The position numbers were made by a program, and so were the translations under genes. Positions 27,573 through 36,726 of a stretch of 64,000 nt of DNA are shown here, one piece after another. The notes below the pieces were generated by a model. That model saw only the letters and a list, made by a program, of their open reading frames with translations. It was not told the origin of the DNA and did no database searches. Numbering within the stretch: the first letter of the stretch is position 1; the number at the start of each line of letters is the position of its first letter. Origin of the DNA: Cyclobacteriaceae bacterium (GTDB lineage Bacteria > Bacteroidota > Bacteroidia > Cytophagales > Cyclobacteriaceae); assembly GCA_965227935.1 (NCBI GenBank), contig CBDDGS010000037.1, forward strand, positions 1,098 to 65,097. The letters are read 5' to 3'.

Positions 27573-28802
27573 ATGAGAAAACTCCTTGCGCCGCTGGCGC
27601 TTTGTTTATCCCTGCAATCGCAATCGCAGGACCTTATTGACATTGGTGGTGATTGGGACGGGAATTCCACCTTCATGAATTCCCAATTTCATGTGACGTT
27701 TTCCTTCGAACAATCCGGTAGCCAGTTGGAAGGCATTTCTACGACGGTCTCCATGGACCAAAAAGACTCCGCAGTCGTAGCATTCACTGGGGTCATAGAA
27801 GGGAACGAAGTCGAGATCTTTGCCACCGAATTTGTCTACAAGCAAGGCAATGCCTGCCTGTCCAATAGCGTACTGACTTTCACTCCCGGGGAGGATCAAA
27901 ATTCCTTGATTGGAAAATGGAAGGGGGACATGCGCCTGAGCTCGTGCCCGCCCCTTGTAGGAGGCGACATCAAATTGTACAAACGTACGCCAAAACCCCG
28001 TCCGCGTATGGAGACCACGGCTTCCACGGACCCACTGGCCGTATTGGACGAGGATTACATCGCGAGTTCTCTCATGTTGGAGCTTGAAAACACGTATCAC
28101 GCCTTGCTGATCGGTGTTGAAGATTACAAGCATTCGTCCGTCCCACGGCTGCAGTACCCGGTAGGTGATGCCGAAGACCTGGCGCAAGTGCTCGAAGCTC
28201 ATTATGCGTTCGAGTCCGAAGACATCACCATCTTAAGAAATCCCACCAGAAACGAACTGATAGAATCGCTGGACCGCCTGCGTAAGAAAGTGACGGAAAA
28301 GGACAACTTGCTGATTTTCTATGCCGGCCATGGCGTGTGGGAGGAGGAACTCAATCAGGGGTACTGGCTGCCAAGCAATGCGTCCATGAATACAAAGTCC
28401 AATTGGATTTCGAACAGCACGGTAAGGGATTATGTCCGAGGGATCAAGACGAAACACACCCTGCTGATCGCCGATGCGTGCTTCAGTGGAGGCATCCTAC
28501 GAGAACGCTCTGCTTTCGAGAATTCCCGTGCCATGCTCGAGCTCTACAAGATGCCGAGTCGCAAGGCTTTGACGAGCGGAACACTCAAGACAGTACCGGA
28601 CAAGAGTGTATTCATGCAATACCTACTCAAGAACCTCCTTGACAACGATCAACCATTGCTATCGACCGATGAGCTATTTCGCAAGTTTAAGATAGCCGTG
28701 ATCAACAATAGCCCCAATGCCCAGGTGCCGCAGTATGGACCTATCTGGCAAGCAGGGGACGAGGGTGGGGAATTCATCTTTCTAAAAAAGGCACGAGAAT
28801 AG
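27573..28802 (+). CDS. secreted caspase-family (peptidase C14) protein
   Basis: Signal peptide followed by a roughly 170-aa N-terminal domain. The caspase core has the His/Cys dyad (LIFYAGHG and LLIADACFSG). Confidence 0.85.
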   Translation: MRKLLAPLALCLSLQSQSQDLIDIGGDWDGNSTFMNSQFHVTFSFEQSGSQLEGISTTVSMDQKDSAVVAFTGVIEGNEVEIFATEFVYKQGNACLSNSVLTFTPGEDQNSLIGKWKGDMRLSSCPPLVGGDIKLYKRTPKPRPRMETTASTDPLAVLDEDYIASSLMLELENTYHALLIGVEDYKHSSVPRLQYPVGDAEDLAQVLEAHYAFESEDITILRNPTRNELIESLDRLRKKVTEKDNLLIFYAGHGVWEEELNQGYWLPSNASMNTKSNWISNSTVRDYVRGIKTKHTLLIADACFSGGILRERSAFENSRAMLELYKMPSRKALTSGTLKTVPDKSVFMQYLLKNLLDNDQPLLSTDELFRKFKIAVINNSPNAQVPQYGPIWQAGDEGGEFIFLKKARE

Positions 28803-28827
28803 CGTGGAGCTCGTTATTTAGGCAGCT

Positions 28828-29067
28828 ATGCATTTACTACCTCAGGCATTTACGGCGTTCGCGTCACGGTTGAAGTTTCCTCAGCTCTTCTTTTTGTTTC
28901 TCGTATTGTTCGTATTGGACCTCTTTATACCAGACTTCATTCCTTTGGTGGACGAGCTCTTGTTTGGACTCATCACATTGATGTTTGGTATGTGGAAGAA
29001 GCGGAAGAGAGAGCCGAAAGGGACTCCTCACACTGACTTGGCGAATAGCGCGACTCAGGCCGGCTAA
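28828..29067 (+). CDS. small two-TM membrane protein, 79 aa
   Basis: Two hydrophobic spans (FFLFLVLFVLDLFIPDFIPLVDELLFGLITLMFG) and a basic tail. It starts 25 nt after the caspase gene and may belong to a DUF6116-like family (from memory). Confidence 0.55.
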   Translation: MHLLPQAFTAFASRLKFPQLFFLFLVLFVLDLFIPDFIPLVDELLFGLITLMFGMWKKRKREPKGTPHTDLANSATQAG

Positions 29068-29315
29068 CTTGTCGTTGACAAAGAATATTGGGCCATTCGT
29101 GAGGAAATACAGCATCGGTTCAGATACTTCCGTACTTTCAACGTTAATAGGTCTATAGAAGATCACACCTATTCACCGCCAAAAACACAACAGATGAGGT
29201 CGATCTACCGCCATGTCGTACTGATCATTTCGATCTTTTTGCTATTTGTTATGCTATCCTGAGCGTGCCGGCACCCGGGGTAATAGTAGGAACGTACTTG
29301 ATGACTGATGAGCCA

Positions 29316-31730
29316 TCAGACCTGCAAGGCCTGAATAGGGCTCGTTACGGCCGCTTTCCAACAGCGCCGGGCAATCACCAGTAACGCCAGTGTCGTGATG
29401 ATAAGAAGCGGCAGGGCCAGCATCTGTGGTTCAATGGTGATCCGGTAGCGATAGTTTTCCAACCACTTGCGACTTCCCAGTAATACTAGTGGCAACGCCA
29501 CGATAGCAGCTGTGCCCACGAGCTTCAAAAAGTCGTATAGCAGGACCATCATCGTGTTCAGTGTCGTAGCTCCCAACACTTTCCTTAGGCCGATCTCCTT
29601 GGCACGTTTCTGCGTGATGAAGGTGGAAAGGCCTAGCAAGCCCATGCTGGCAATGGTAATCGCCAACAGCGAGAAAAACAGAAAGAGCTTAAGGATGTTC
29701 TGTTCGGCGACCCGCTCGTTTTTGTAATCTCTGCTCAGAAGGGAGAAGAAGGGCAGGGCCGAAGACATGCTCACTTCCACCGCGTCCAGAAATTGATCCA
29801 CGGTCTGCCCATTACGAGCCTGGTAGTGCAGCATCAATTCCGCATAGGTCCTATAGCGGAATCCGGTGGCGTAGACTTTTGGGAAGGTTTCATCGGATGG
29901 GTCATTCACGACCCCAATCACCTTGAGTTCCTCTCGCCCAACGACCAATAGTTCGCCTGCGACGCTATCCGGATGGTCAAAACCAAGCGCCTCGACTGCT
30001 TGGGTATTCAGGAGCACATGGTCGGCATTGCGGCCGAAATGCGAGCTGAAATTGTACCCCGCTACGAGGGAACTATCCATCCAATAATCGGGATCCACTG
30101 CCAGTAGCCTGGCATCGATGGCTGTCGCAGGTGGTGCACCGATCGGGGAGATGGGGAGAAGGGCGCTCACCTTGATCTGGCCCTGGTACTGATTGCTTAG
30201 CTCCACCTCTTCCACGACTGCTTGAGACTTGATTTGGTCGATGGCGGAAAAGGCCTGGTTTGTGAACGTCGAGTTAGCGCCTGCGGCACCTGGGAAAATG
30301 CCTCTCACCCGCAGATCGAAAGGTCGCTTCCCTTGTTTCTCCATGTACTGGAGCTGCGCTCGGACGATGTAGATGCCCGACACGAATAGAATGGAGACCG
30401 CGATTTGAAAGATCAGAAGGGTCTTGATGGCTCTACCGGCACCTCCTACCACCTTTGTATGTACCAGCTGAATCGTCCCCTTGAGCAGAGGGATAGCGGA
30501 CAATCCGTTGAAATAGAGTGCTGGGTAGATGCCCGAAAATAAAGTGCACACCACGACTACCAAGCCTTGAAACACGAGGTAGACGGACCACGTCGAGGAC
30601 GTCATCTCTGGTATCTCAATGCTTGTATAGATCTTCGTAAGGTTGATACCAAAAAGGAAGAGCACCATCGCAAGGGCCGCTGCGATGAGATTGATGAAGA
30701 ATGCCTCGCCGATGAATGTGGCAATGAGCTGACGCGATCTAATGCCCAGTACCTTGCGCATGCCGATCTCTCGTGCCCGATCCATGGAGCTAAAGATGGC
30801 GTTGTTGGTATAGTTGGTAGTAGCGAGCAGCAAGATGATGAACCCAATGGAGGCAAGGAATATGAGCAACTGCTGATTGGCACCGGCCTCCGGTTCATTG
30901 GAGATCTTCTCGGCCAGGTGGATATCTGCTATCGGCCGCAAGGCAAGTGCCATTTCATGACCAGAGTCCGCCAGTCCCTGAGTATGCTGGCTAAGCGCAG
31001 TTGCGGAAACCGGAGCGCGGAGGTAGGTGTAGGTGTTTCTTGGTAGTTGGCCGTCTGCTCCGGCAATTGGCGCTTCCTGGAATGCACCAGTCACCAAGGC
31101 ATCAAAGGGTAGGTGTGTGTTTCCCGGGCGATCAGCAAAAATGCCCGTGATGGTGTATTCCTGGCTGGCAAGCATGGAGGCTGTTGTCGTGAATTTGGTG
31201 CCGATCACAGCATCCTTCTTCCAATCTTGTCCGAAGATGTCTTGGACGGTGGATGCGGAGAGCAAGATCGAGTTGGCGGTTGAGAGGGCAGTCTGAGGGT
31301 CTCCGGCTACGAGCGGCAATTCAAATACTTCAAAAATCTGCTCTTCGGAGTAGTACACTTTCTCGATGTAGACCCTTTGTTCCTGCCCACCTTCGTTGAG
31401 GACCTTGAAGTTGCCAGAGCCTCCTTCAGAATAGGGAACGAGTCGTGTGTATGCCTCGATCTGGGGGAGGTCTTGCTGCAGCGTGGGTCCAGCCGCGATC
31501 GTGGTAAAAGCATCACGGTACGAAGCTCCCTGTGGCGTAGAGACGACCGTCTCCACTCGGTAGACATCGCTCAATGCCGGGCTGCTGTCGTAGTTGGATT
31601 CGAAGTAGATGTAGTGGAAAATGAAAAGACAGGTGGCGGTACTTAGGGTAAGCGCGGAGATGTTGAGGTACGAAGCGCCTTTGTTCTTGAGGATGTTCCT
31701 CAGGGTGATCAGTAGAAAACTTCGTAGCAT
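29316..31730 (-). CDS. double-FtsX (MacB-like) ABC-transporter permease, no ATPase domain
   Basis: 804 aa. N-terminal MLRSFLLITLRNILKNK, then two 4-TM FtsX modules, each with a large periplasmic domain. Confidence 0.9.
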   Translation of the reverse strand: MLRSFLLITLRNILKNKGASYLNISALTLSTATCLFIFHYIYFESNYDSSPALSDVYRVETVVSTPQGASYRDAFTTIAAGPTLQQDLPQIEAYTRLVPYSEGGSGNFKVLNEGGQEQRVYIEKVYYSEEQIFEVFELPLVAGDPQTALSTANSILLSASTVQDIFGQDWKKDAVIGTKFTTTASMLASQEYTITGIFADRPGNTHLPFDALVTGAFQEAPIAGADGQLPRNTYTYLRAPVSATALSQHTQGLADSGHEMALALRPIADIHLAEKISNEPEAGANQQLLIFLASIGFIILLLATTNYTNNAIFSSMDRAREIGMRKVLGIRSRQLIATFIGEAFFINLIAAALAMVLFLFGINLTKIYTSIEIPEMTSSTWSVYLVFQGLVVVVCTLFSGIYPALYFNGLSAIPLLKGTIQLVHTKVVGGAGRAIKTLLIFQIAVSILFVSGIYIVRAQLQYMEKQGKRPFDLRVRGIFPGAAGANSTFTNQAFSAIDQIKSQAVVEEVELSNQYQGQIKVSALLPISPIGAPPATAIDARLLAVDPDYWMDSSLVAGYNFSSHFGRNADHVLLNTQAVEALGFDHPDSVAGELLVVGREELKVIGVVNDPSDETFPKVYATGFRYRTYAELMLHYQARNGQTVDQFLDAVEVSMSSALPFFSLLSRDYKNERVAEQNILKLFLFFSLLAITIASMGLLGLSTFITQKRAKEIGLRKVLGATTLNTMMVLLYDFLKLVGTAAIVALPLVLLGSRKWLENYRYRITIEPQMLALPLLIITTLALLVIARRCWKAAVTSPIQALQV

Positions 31731-31763
31731 AGGTGAGCGAAATGGTTACGAATGACAAAGATG

Positions 31764-31778
31764 GCAAACGCTATGCCA
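31764..31778 (-). promoter_or_regulatory. sigma-54 -24/-12 promoter candidate (TGGCATAGCGTTTGC)
   Basis: Matches the TGGCAC-N5-TTGC consensus with correct GG-N10-GC spacing. It lies 33 nt upstream of the permease ATG on the coding strand. Confidence 0.6.
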
Positions 31779-31947
31779 TCCCCCCAATAAGTCTTTGAAT
31801 CGCGGCAATGAGGGTTTTAGCACCTTTTTGGAATATCCATACCGTTCGATGGTGGACATGTTTTGTGTTCAGAAGTGTCCGGTGTTGCCGCCAACGAGTA
31901 CTGTGAGTATTTCATACAACTTGGCAAATCTTAGGTGTCAAAATCCC

Positions 31948-31972
31948 CTCCTGGGAGGGGCAGGGGTGGGTG
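31948..31972. repeat. left arm of G-rich inverted repeat flanking the DUF559 gene
   Basis: CTCCTGGGAGGGGCAGGGGTGGGTG, bracketed by the perfect 8-bp direct repeat AAAATCCC (31940-31947 and 31973-31980). Confidence 0.7.
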
Positions 31973-31994
31973 AAAATCCCAGTATCTTCACAAT

Positions 31995-32399
31995 ATGTCG
32001 CGCCGAAAAATTATTCCATATAATCCTAAGCTGAAGGAGCTTGCGAGACAATTACGTAAAGACATGACTTTGTCGGAGGTGCTTCTGTGGCAGGAACTCA
32101 AGGGGAAACAGATGATGGGGTATGACTTCGATCGTCAACGGCCGATCGATGAGTACATTGTCGACTTTTACTGTAAGGACCTCCAACTGGCTATCGAGAT
32201 CGATGGTGCAAGTCATGAACATGCAGATGTGGCGAAAAACGATCTAGTTCGACAAGCACGATTAGAGTCTTTAGGCGTGCGATTCCTGCGCTTTGATGAT
32301 TTGGACGTCAAGAAAGATATGGAATATGTGCTTGATACAATTCAGGAGTGGATTGTATCCGTAAAGGACCCACCCCCACCCCTCCCAGGAGGGGAGTAG
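31995..32399 (+). CDS. DUF559 (Vsr-like) endonuclease-domain protein
   Basis: 134 aa with the VDFYC..LAIEIDGASH core typical of DUF559. The C-terminal PPPPLPGGE is encoded by the right repeat arm. Confidence 0.85.
   Translation: MSRRKIIPYNPKLKELARQLRKDMTLSEVLLWQELKGKQMMGYDFDRQRPIDEYIVDFYCKDLQLAIEIDGASHEHADVAKNDLVRQARLESLGVRFLRFDDLDVKKDMEYVLDTIQEWIVSVKDPPPPLPGGE
32371..32391. repeat. right arm of G-rich inverted repeat
   Basis: CACCCCCACCCCTCCCAGGAG. Its reverse complement shares the outer 16 nt CTCCTGGGAGGGG.. with the left arm. Confidence 0.7.
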
Positions 32400-32743
32400 A
32401 TTGTGCCTGTCTAAGCATGATTCCCAGAGAGAGTAAGAGCCAGTACACAATCTTGTATCGCCTTTTGGCTAATAGTATTGTCATTGTTGCGCACTAAGCG
32501 CTCGACTGGTAACCTAGGAGATTATCTATTGCCGCTAATCAGATCACTGCAGTGTCCGACATGGAATCTCTCAAGAACCACCTCCCCGGCAAAATAGACC
32601 GGATCGCAGCGATAGCCCGCTCAGCCGCTGTTTGGTGTTTTCACCAACAGCGAGGGAAGGGTAGCGGGGCGGTGCTAAAGCCAAGAGCCGGACTACCCTA
32701 TGCCACGAACCACGACAGGATCACTCCTAATCACTAGCCTGAA

Positions 32744-33541
32744 CTATCGCGGACTAATGTAAGCGCCTTCGGGCATTGCGAAAAGCGAGGCATCGGGGGC
32801 TTCTGGAGATATTTTGAGGTTGTCAAAACGCCTGACGTAGCGCTCGGCACCGAGGGAATCGCCCTCCCAGCGATAGCCGATGTGCGTCTTGGGCAGGAGT
32901 AGCCCGTTGACTTCGGTCCAGTCGTCGAACATGATGGCATTGAAGCGATCGGCTCTGCTGGCATCGTAATAGGTAACGGAGTAGTTGATCAATTTCAGGA
33001 TGCCCTGGTTGTCGAAGTAGAGGATGTACTTGTCCTCGGGGGCATCTCCCACACCTGCATTGTACGTAAGCAGAATGCGGTCCAAGCTCTGTCCGCGAAC
33101 CTCGGCAGGACCCAGATCCTCATAGTTTACCCCCGGGTCGCCGGCGACGTAGGGTAGGGCGAAGAAGTAGAAAACAAGGTTGTGATAAAACCTGGCATTT
33201 CTCCGGCCAAGGGCAGCGCTGTCGGGTGTCACCCATACCTCCTCGCCGTTAAAACCGATGGTCCAGTCGGCTGTCGTCAGTAGCACCTTTCTGCTTTTGA
33301 GGTCGATCAGTTGATGCTCGTTGCCCTCTTCCTTCACAATGTCGTACTCCAGGGCCTGCATCTGGTCCCATGCATCGATACCTCCGTGTGCTTCGAAGGC
33401 TTTTGCCAAAGTGGGAGGAAATTCCCGCGTCGTTTCGGTGGAGGCCGGGGCTTGCTGCGCTTGCTGGGAAGTGTCACCGGGTGTAGCGCACGCTACAATG
33501 GTGAAGAGGACGATGCCAAAGAGAAATGCGTTGGTATTCAT
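32744..33541 (-). CDS. lipoprotein, hypothetical (265 aa)
   Basis: Lipoprotein signal MNTNAFLFGIVLFTIVAC at ATG 33541. Possibly DUF6503-like (from memory). Confidence 0.7.
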   Translation of the reverse strand: MNTNAFLFGIVLFTIVACATPGDTSQQAQQAPASTETTREFPPTLAKAFEAHGGIDAWDQMQALEYDIVKEEGNEHQLIDLKSRKVLLTTADWTIGFNGEEVWVTPDSAALGRRNARFYHNLVFYFFALPYVAGDPGVNYEDLGPAEVRGQSLDRILLTYNAGVGDAPEDKYILYFDNQGILKLINYSVTYYDASRADRFNAIMFDDWTEVNGLLLPKTHIGYRWEGDSLGAERYVRRFDNLKISPEAPDASLFAMPEGAYISPR

Positions 33542-33713
33542 GTAAGTCGGATCGAAATTTTTGAGGGGCAAATATGCGATCAAATGGACAGCCTGGGCGT
33601 CTTACTGGAGGCTATCTCCTGAGAATGTTCGCTGCGAAACAAATGCGATTTTTTGGTTGCCAAGCAACCCTTGATGAAATTCGTTGTCAAATGAATAAAA
33701 GCATTGTATCGAT

Positions 33714-34634
33714 ATGAAACCCATTTCCAATCTTCTCACACTACTTATTGTTTTCACCGGGACGTCACTACTGGCTCAAGATGAGCTGGCTTCGCACGAG
33801 TTTGAAGCCAAGGATGTGAAGATGGTGACGCTCGAGGGAGTGTTTTGCGACATCTTTGTAGAGCAGGGTGACAAGGTGTACTTCAAAGGTAAGATCGAGG
33901 GTAGGGGTGATCGGGGAGATTACGAAATCAAGTCCAGACTGGACGGTGACCGCGTGGAGATCTGGGTAGACAGCCGAAGCAACAGAGGCTGGAACAACCG
34001 GATCACATATTCGAAGCTGGAACTGACTGTGCCTGCTGGCACCGAGCTGCGCATCAAGAATACTTCAGGTGATATCTATATGAGGGGTGTCAGCGGCCGC
34101 TCGATGAAAGTCACCTCCACGAGTGGTGATATCGAGCTGTCTGATATGGCGGGGCCCTTGGAGGTTTCCTGCACCTCGGGTGATATTGAGATCGATGATA
34201 TCGTCGGAGAACTGGAAGCAGGGACCACCAGTGGGGACATAGAGGTCTCAGGCCTGCAAGGTGATTCTGAGGTAGGGTCCACTTCCGGAGACATTGAGAT
34301 CGTGAATTTTCAAGGGGACCTCTGGGCGCATGCCACTTCTGGTGAGATTGATTTGCGGAGAGGTCGTGGGGCGCTCCGGCTGAAGACAACCTCTGGGGAC
34401 ATTGATGGATATGGCCTTGAGATCACTGGTGACATCGAATTGAGAGCTTCCTCTGGCGACATCTCTATTGAGCTGACCAATGACCTTCGGGACTTGAACT
34501 TTGACCTGGAGTCGTCCAGCGGTGACTTGCGCGTGGGCTCACGACGAGCAGAGGATGAGATGTACATCAAGAATGGTGACGGCTTCTGGGTGCGGGGTGA
34601 GACCAGTAGCGGAGACCTGGACATCACAAACTGA
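33714..34634 (+). CDS. DUF4097-type beta-strand repeat protein (putative adhesin)
   Basis: Signal peptide, then about 10 repeats of about 18 aa, each centred on TSGDI(E/D). Confidence 0.85.
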   Translation: MKPISNLLTLLIVFTGTSLLAQDELASHEFEAKDVKMVTLEGVFCDIFVEQGDKVYFKGKIEGRGDRGDYEIKSRLDGDRVEIWVDSRSNRGWNNRITYSKLELTVPAGTELRIKNTSGDIYMRGVSGRSMKVTSTSGDIELSDMAGPLEVSCTSGDIEIDDIVGELEAGTTSGDIEVSGLQGDSEVGSTSGDIEIVNFQGDLWAHATSGEIDLRRGRGALRLKTTSGDIDGYGLEITGDIELRASSGDISIELTNDLRDLNFDLESSSGDLRVGSRRAEDEMYIKNGDGFWVRGETSSGDLDITN

Positions 34635-34682
34635 TCGAGGCTAGAGGTCGGAGCATTCAGGTAATATTGATTTTTTTAAGAG

Positions 34683-34719
34683 ATGGAGAATGGACATTTT
34701 TGTCAGTCTCCATTTTTTG
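34683..34719 (+). terminator. rho-independent terminator candidate after the DUF4097 gene
   Basis: ATGGAGA .. TCTCCAT stem with an inner GAC/GTC pair, followed by TTTTTG. Confidence 0.5.
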
Positions 34720-34735
34720 AATAAAACCTGACCTG

Positions 34736-36709
34736 ATGGACCAACCTTACATTAGCCCGCAAGAAAAACTTGTTGAGCTCTCGATCCGTGCGATCGTTCT
34801 GGGAGCCCTTCTCTCTGTAGTACTCGGAGCCGCCAACGCTTATTTCGGACTCTTTTCCGGACTCACAGTTTCTGCCTCTATCCCCGCGGCGGTGATTTCC
34901 ATGGCGATTCTGCGAGCCTTTAGAGATTCCAATGTGCTGGAGAATAACATGGTGCAGACGGCGGCGTCGGCAGGAGAGTCTCTGGCCGCTGGCGTCATCT
35001 TTACAATACCGGCGCTGGTATTGATGGGCTATTGGCAGGAATTCAACTACATCGAGACCACACTTATCGCCATGAGTGGGGGTATCGTGGGTGTGCTTTT
35101 CACGATCCCTCTTCGCAAGGCGCTTATCGTCAAGGAGAAGCTCATGTTTCCGGAGGGCGTCGCGACTGCGGAGGTCCTCAAGACTGGACAAGAAGGAGGT
35201 AAATCCATCAAGTACCTGGTGTATGGTGGATTGATCGGCGCGATATTCAAGATAGGCAACGAGGCAGTGAATCTGTTCAGCGGTCTGTTCGAAAAAGCTG
35301 CCCTTCTTCAGCAAAAGTATTATCTGTATTTCAGTCTCAATCTGTCACCCGCACTTGTGGCCGTTGGCTACATCGTCGGGCTCAATGTTGCTACCCTCGT
35401 ATTTATGGGCGGTGTGATCACCTGGTGGGTAGCGATGCCAATCTATATCAACATGAACGGCTTTGAGGCGGTTGCTCAGGAACTGATCCAACTTGGGAAG
35501 TTTGGGTCTATGGCGGAGATCAGCGACGAAGCGCTTGGTGGCGCCGTGTGGAGTGCCAAACTGAGGTTTCTCGGCGTGGGTGCCATGGTTGTGGGAGGTG
35601 TCTGGGCGCTCTTGAGCTTGCGCTCGGCGTTGGGACATGCTTTCAACGCGGGTGTTGCGGCATTTAAGTCTCGCGGTCAGCAAGTACAAGACACTTTGCG
35701 CACAGAGTTGGACGGGCCTATGTCCTGGATCATCATGGGGGTAGGAGTCGTTCTCGTGCCCGTTTTCTTCATCTATTACAATATCATTCAGGGTGTACCG
35801 ATCACATTGTTCCTACTGCTGATCATGCTTGTGGCGGGCTTTCTTTTTAGTGCCGTGGCCGGGTACATGGCCGGTCTGGTGGGCAGTTCGAATAACCCGA
35901 TCTCGGGAGTGACCATCGCGACCATCCTGTCGACGGCCTTGTTGCTATTGTTACTCATTGGAACAAGCGATCCTGCCCGAGGCGCAGCAGGCGCGATACT
36001 CGTGGGGGCAGTCATCGCCTGCGCCGCGGCCATTGCCGGAGACAATATGCAGGACTTGAAGGCAGGTCATATCCTGGGCGCGACACCGAAGAATCAGCAG
36101 ATCATGCAGCTCATTGGCGTAGTAGCCGGCGCGTTGCTTATCGCTCCCGTCCTTAATTTACTGCTTGCCTCAAAGGGCATCGGCGCACCAACGGTGGAGC
36201 ACCCCAATCCGTTGACAGCACCACAAGCAACGCTGATGATGAGCGTGGCAACAGGGATATTCGGCGGTGAATTGCCGTGGACCATAATTGGTGTCGGCGG
36301 AGCGATAGGCGCAACCATCATTATCATTGATCAATACTTGAAGGTCAAGGGCTCTTCCTTCCGTATGCCGGTGTTGGCCGTAGCGGTGGGACTATACCTG
36401 CCTTTCGAATTGGACTCTTCCATTTTCGTGGGAGGCGTTTTGGCGTGGATGCTCGAGCGGGGCTATAAGAAACTACAAACACAAGAGTTCGTCGAAAAAG
36501 CCTCCAACGCAGGGCTGCTCATTGCCTCCGGGCTGATCACTGGTGAAGCGCTGATGGGTATCCTCGTGGCGATCTTTGCTTCTGCTGGCTTGAGTATGGC
36601 CCTAAGTGACACGCCTATATTGGGTAGCTTTGGTGGGCTGCTACTGCTGGTAGTTGTCGTTGTCTACCTGTATGTAACAGTCAAGAAAGTTTCGAAGAGA
36701 GGAGAATAG
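34736..36709 (+). CDS. OPT-family oligopeptide transporter
   Basis: 657-aa polytopic protein. The N-terminal ELSIRAIVLGALLSVVLGAANAYFGL pattern is typical of OPT. Confidence 0.9.
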   Translation: MDQPYISPQEKLVELSIRAIVLGALLSVVLGAANAYFGLFSGLTVSASIPAAVISMAILRAFRDSNVLENNMVQTAASAGESLAAGVIFTIPALVLMGYWQEFNYIETTLIAMSGGIVGVLFTIPLRKALIVKEKLMFPEGVATAEVLKTGQEGGKSIKYLVYGGLIGAIFKIGNEAVNLFSGLFEKAALLQQKYYLYFSLNLSPALVAVGYIVGLNVATLVFMGGVITWWVAMPIYINMNGFEAVAQELIQLGKFGSMAEISDEALGGAVWSAKLRFLGVGAMVVGGVWALLSLRSALGHAFNAGVAAFKSRGQQVQDTLRTELDGPMSWIIMGVGVVLVPVFFIYYNIIQGVPITLFLLLIMLVAGFLFSAVAGYMAGLVGSSNNPISGVTIATILSTALLLLLLIGTSDPARGAAGAILVGAVIACAAAIAGDNMQDLKAGHILGATPKNQQIMQLIGVVAGALLIAPVLNLLLASKGIGAPTVEHPNPLTAPQATLMMSVATGIFGGELPWTIIGVGGAIGATIIIIDQYLKVKGSSFRMPVLAVAVGLYLPFELDSSIFVGGVLAWMLERGYKKLQTQEFVEKASNAGLLIASGLITGEALMGILVAIFASAGLSMALSDTPILGSFGGLLLLVVVVVYLYVTVKKVSKRGE

Positions 36710-36726
36710 AGAGATTTTGGAATTGG

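Noticed and set aside
27573-28802. Caspase-like protein as an antiphage or abortive-infection effector
   Set aside because: It has an N-terminal signal peptide and so is probably exported. No sensor, NTPase, gasdermin-like or nuclease partner is nearby. It is kept only as an uncharacterised secreted protease.
29194-29262. 22-aa hydrophobic mini-ORF (MRSIYRHVVLIISIFLLFVMLS) in the convergent spacer
   Set aside because: It is too short, has no promoter box, and conservation cannot be assessed. It is not reportable as a gene.
32552-32737. 61-aa GTG-started ORF in the convergent spacer
   Set aside because: Implausible composition and no promoter box. The region is better explained as structured non-coding sequence.
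32400-32743. Tested by eye as tmRNA, RNase P RNA, SRP RNA or a cobalamin riboswitch
   Set aside because: The GGGG..TTCGAC 5' end, the ..ALAA tag frame and the T-arm expected for tmRNA are all absent. The invariant GAGGAAAGUCC of RNase P is absent (only GGGTAGTCCGG on the minus strand). There is no GGAA/AGCA helix-8 pattern for SRP RNA. Partial B12-like strings (AGGGAAG, GGTGCTAAAGCC, GCCAAGAGCCGG) have the wrong spacing, and no downstream same-strand gene exists. Identity is left open; see the finding.
34076-34627. Three antisense ORFs (72-105 aa) inside the DUF4097 gene
   Set aside because: They are artefacts of the periodic TSGDI codon repeat, which keeps the opposite strand free of stops.
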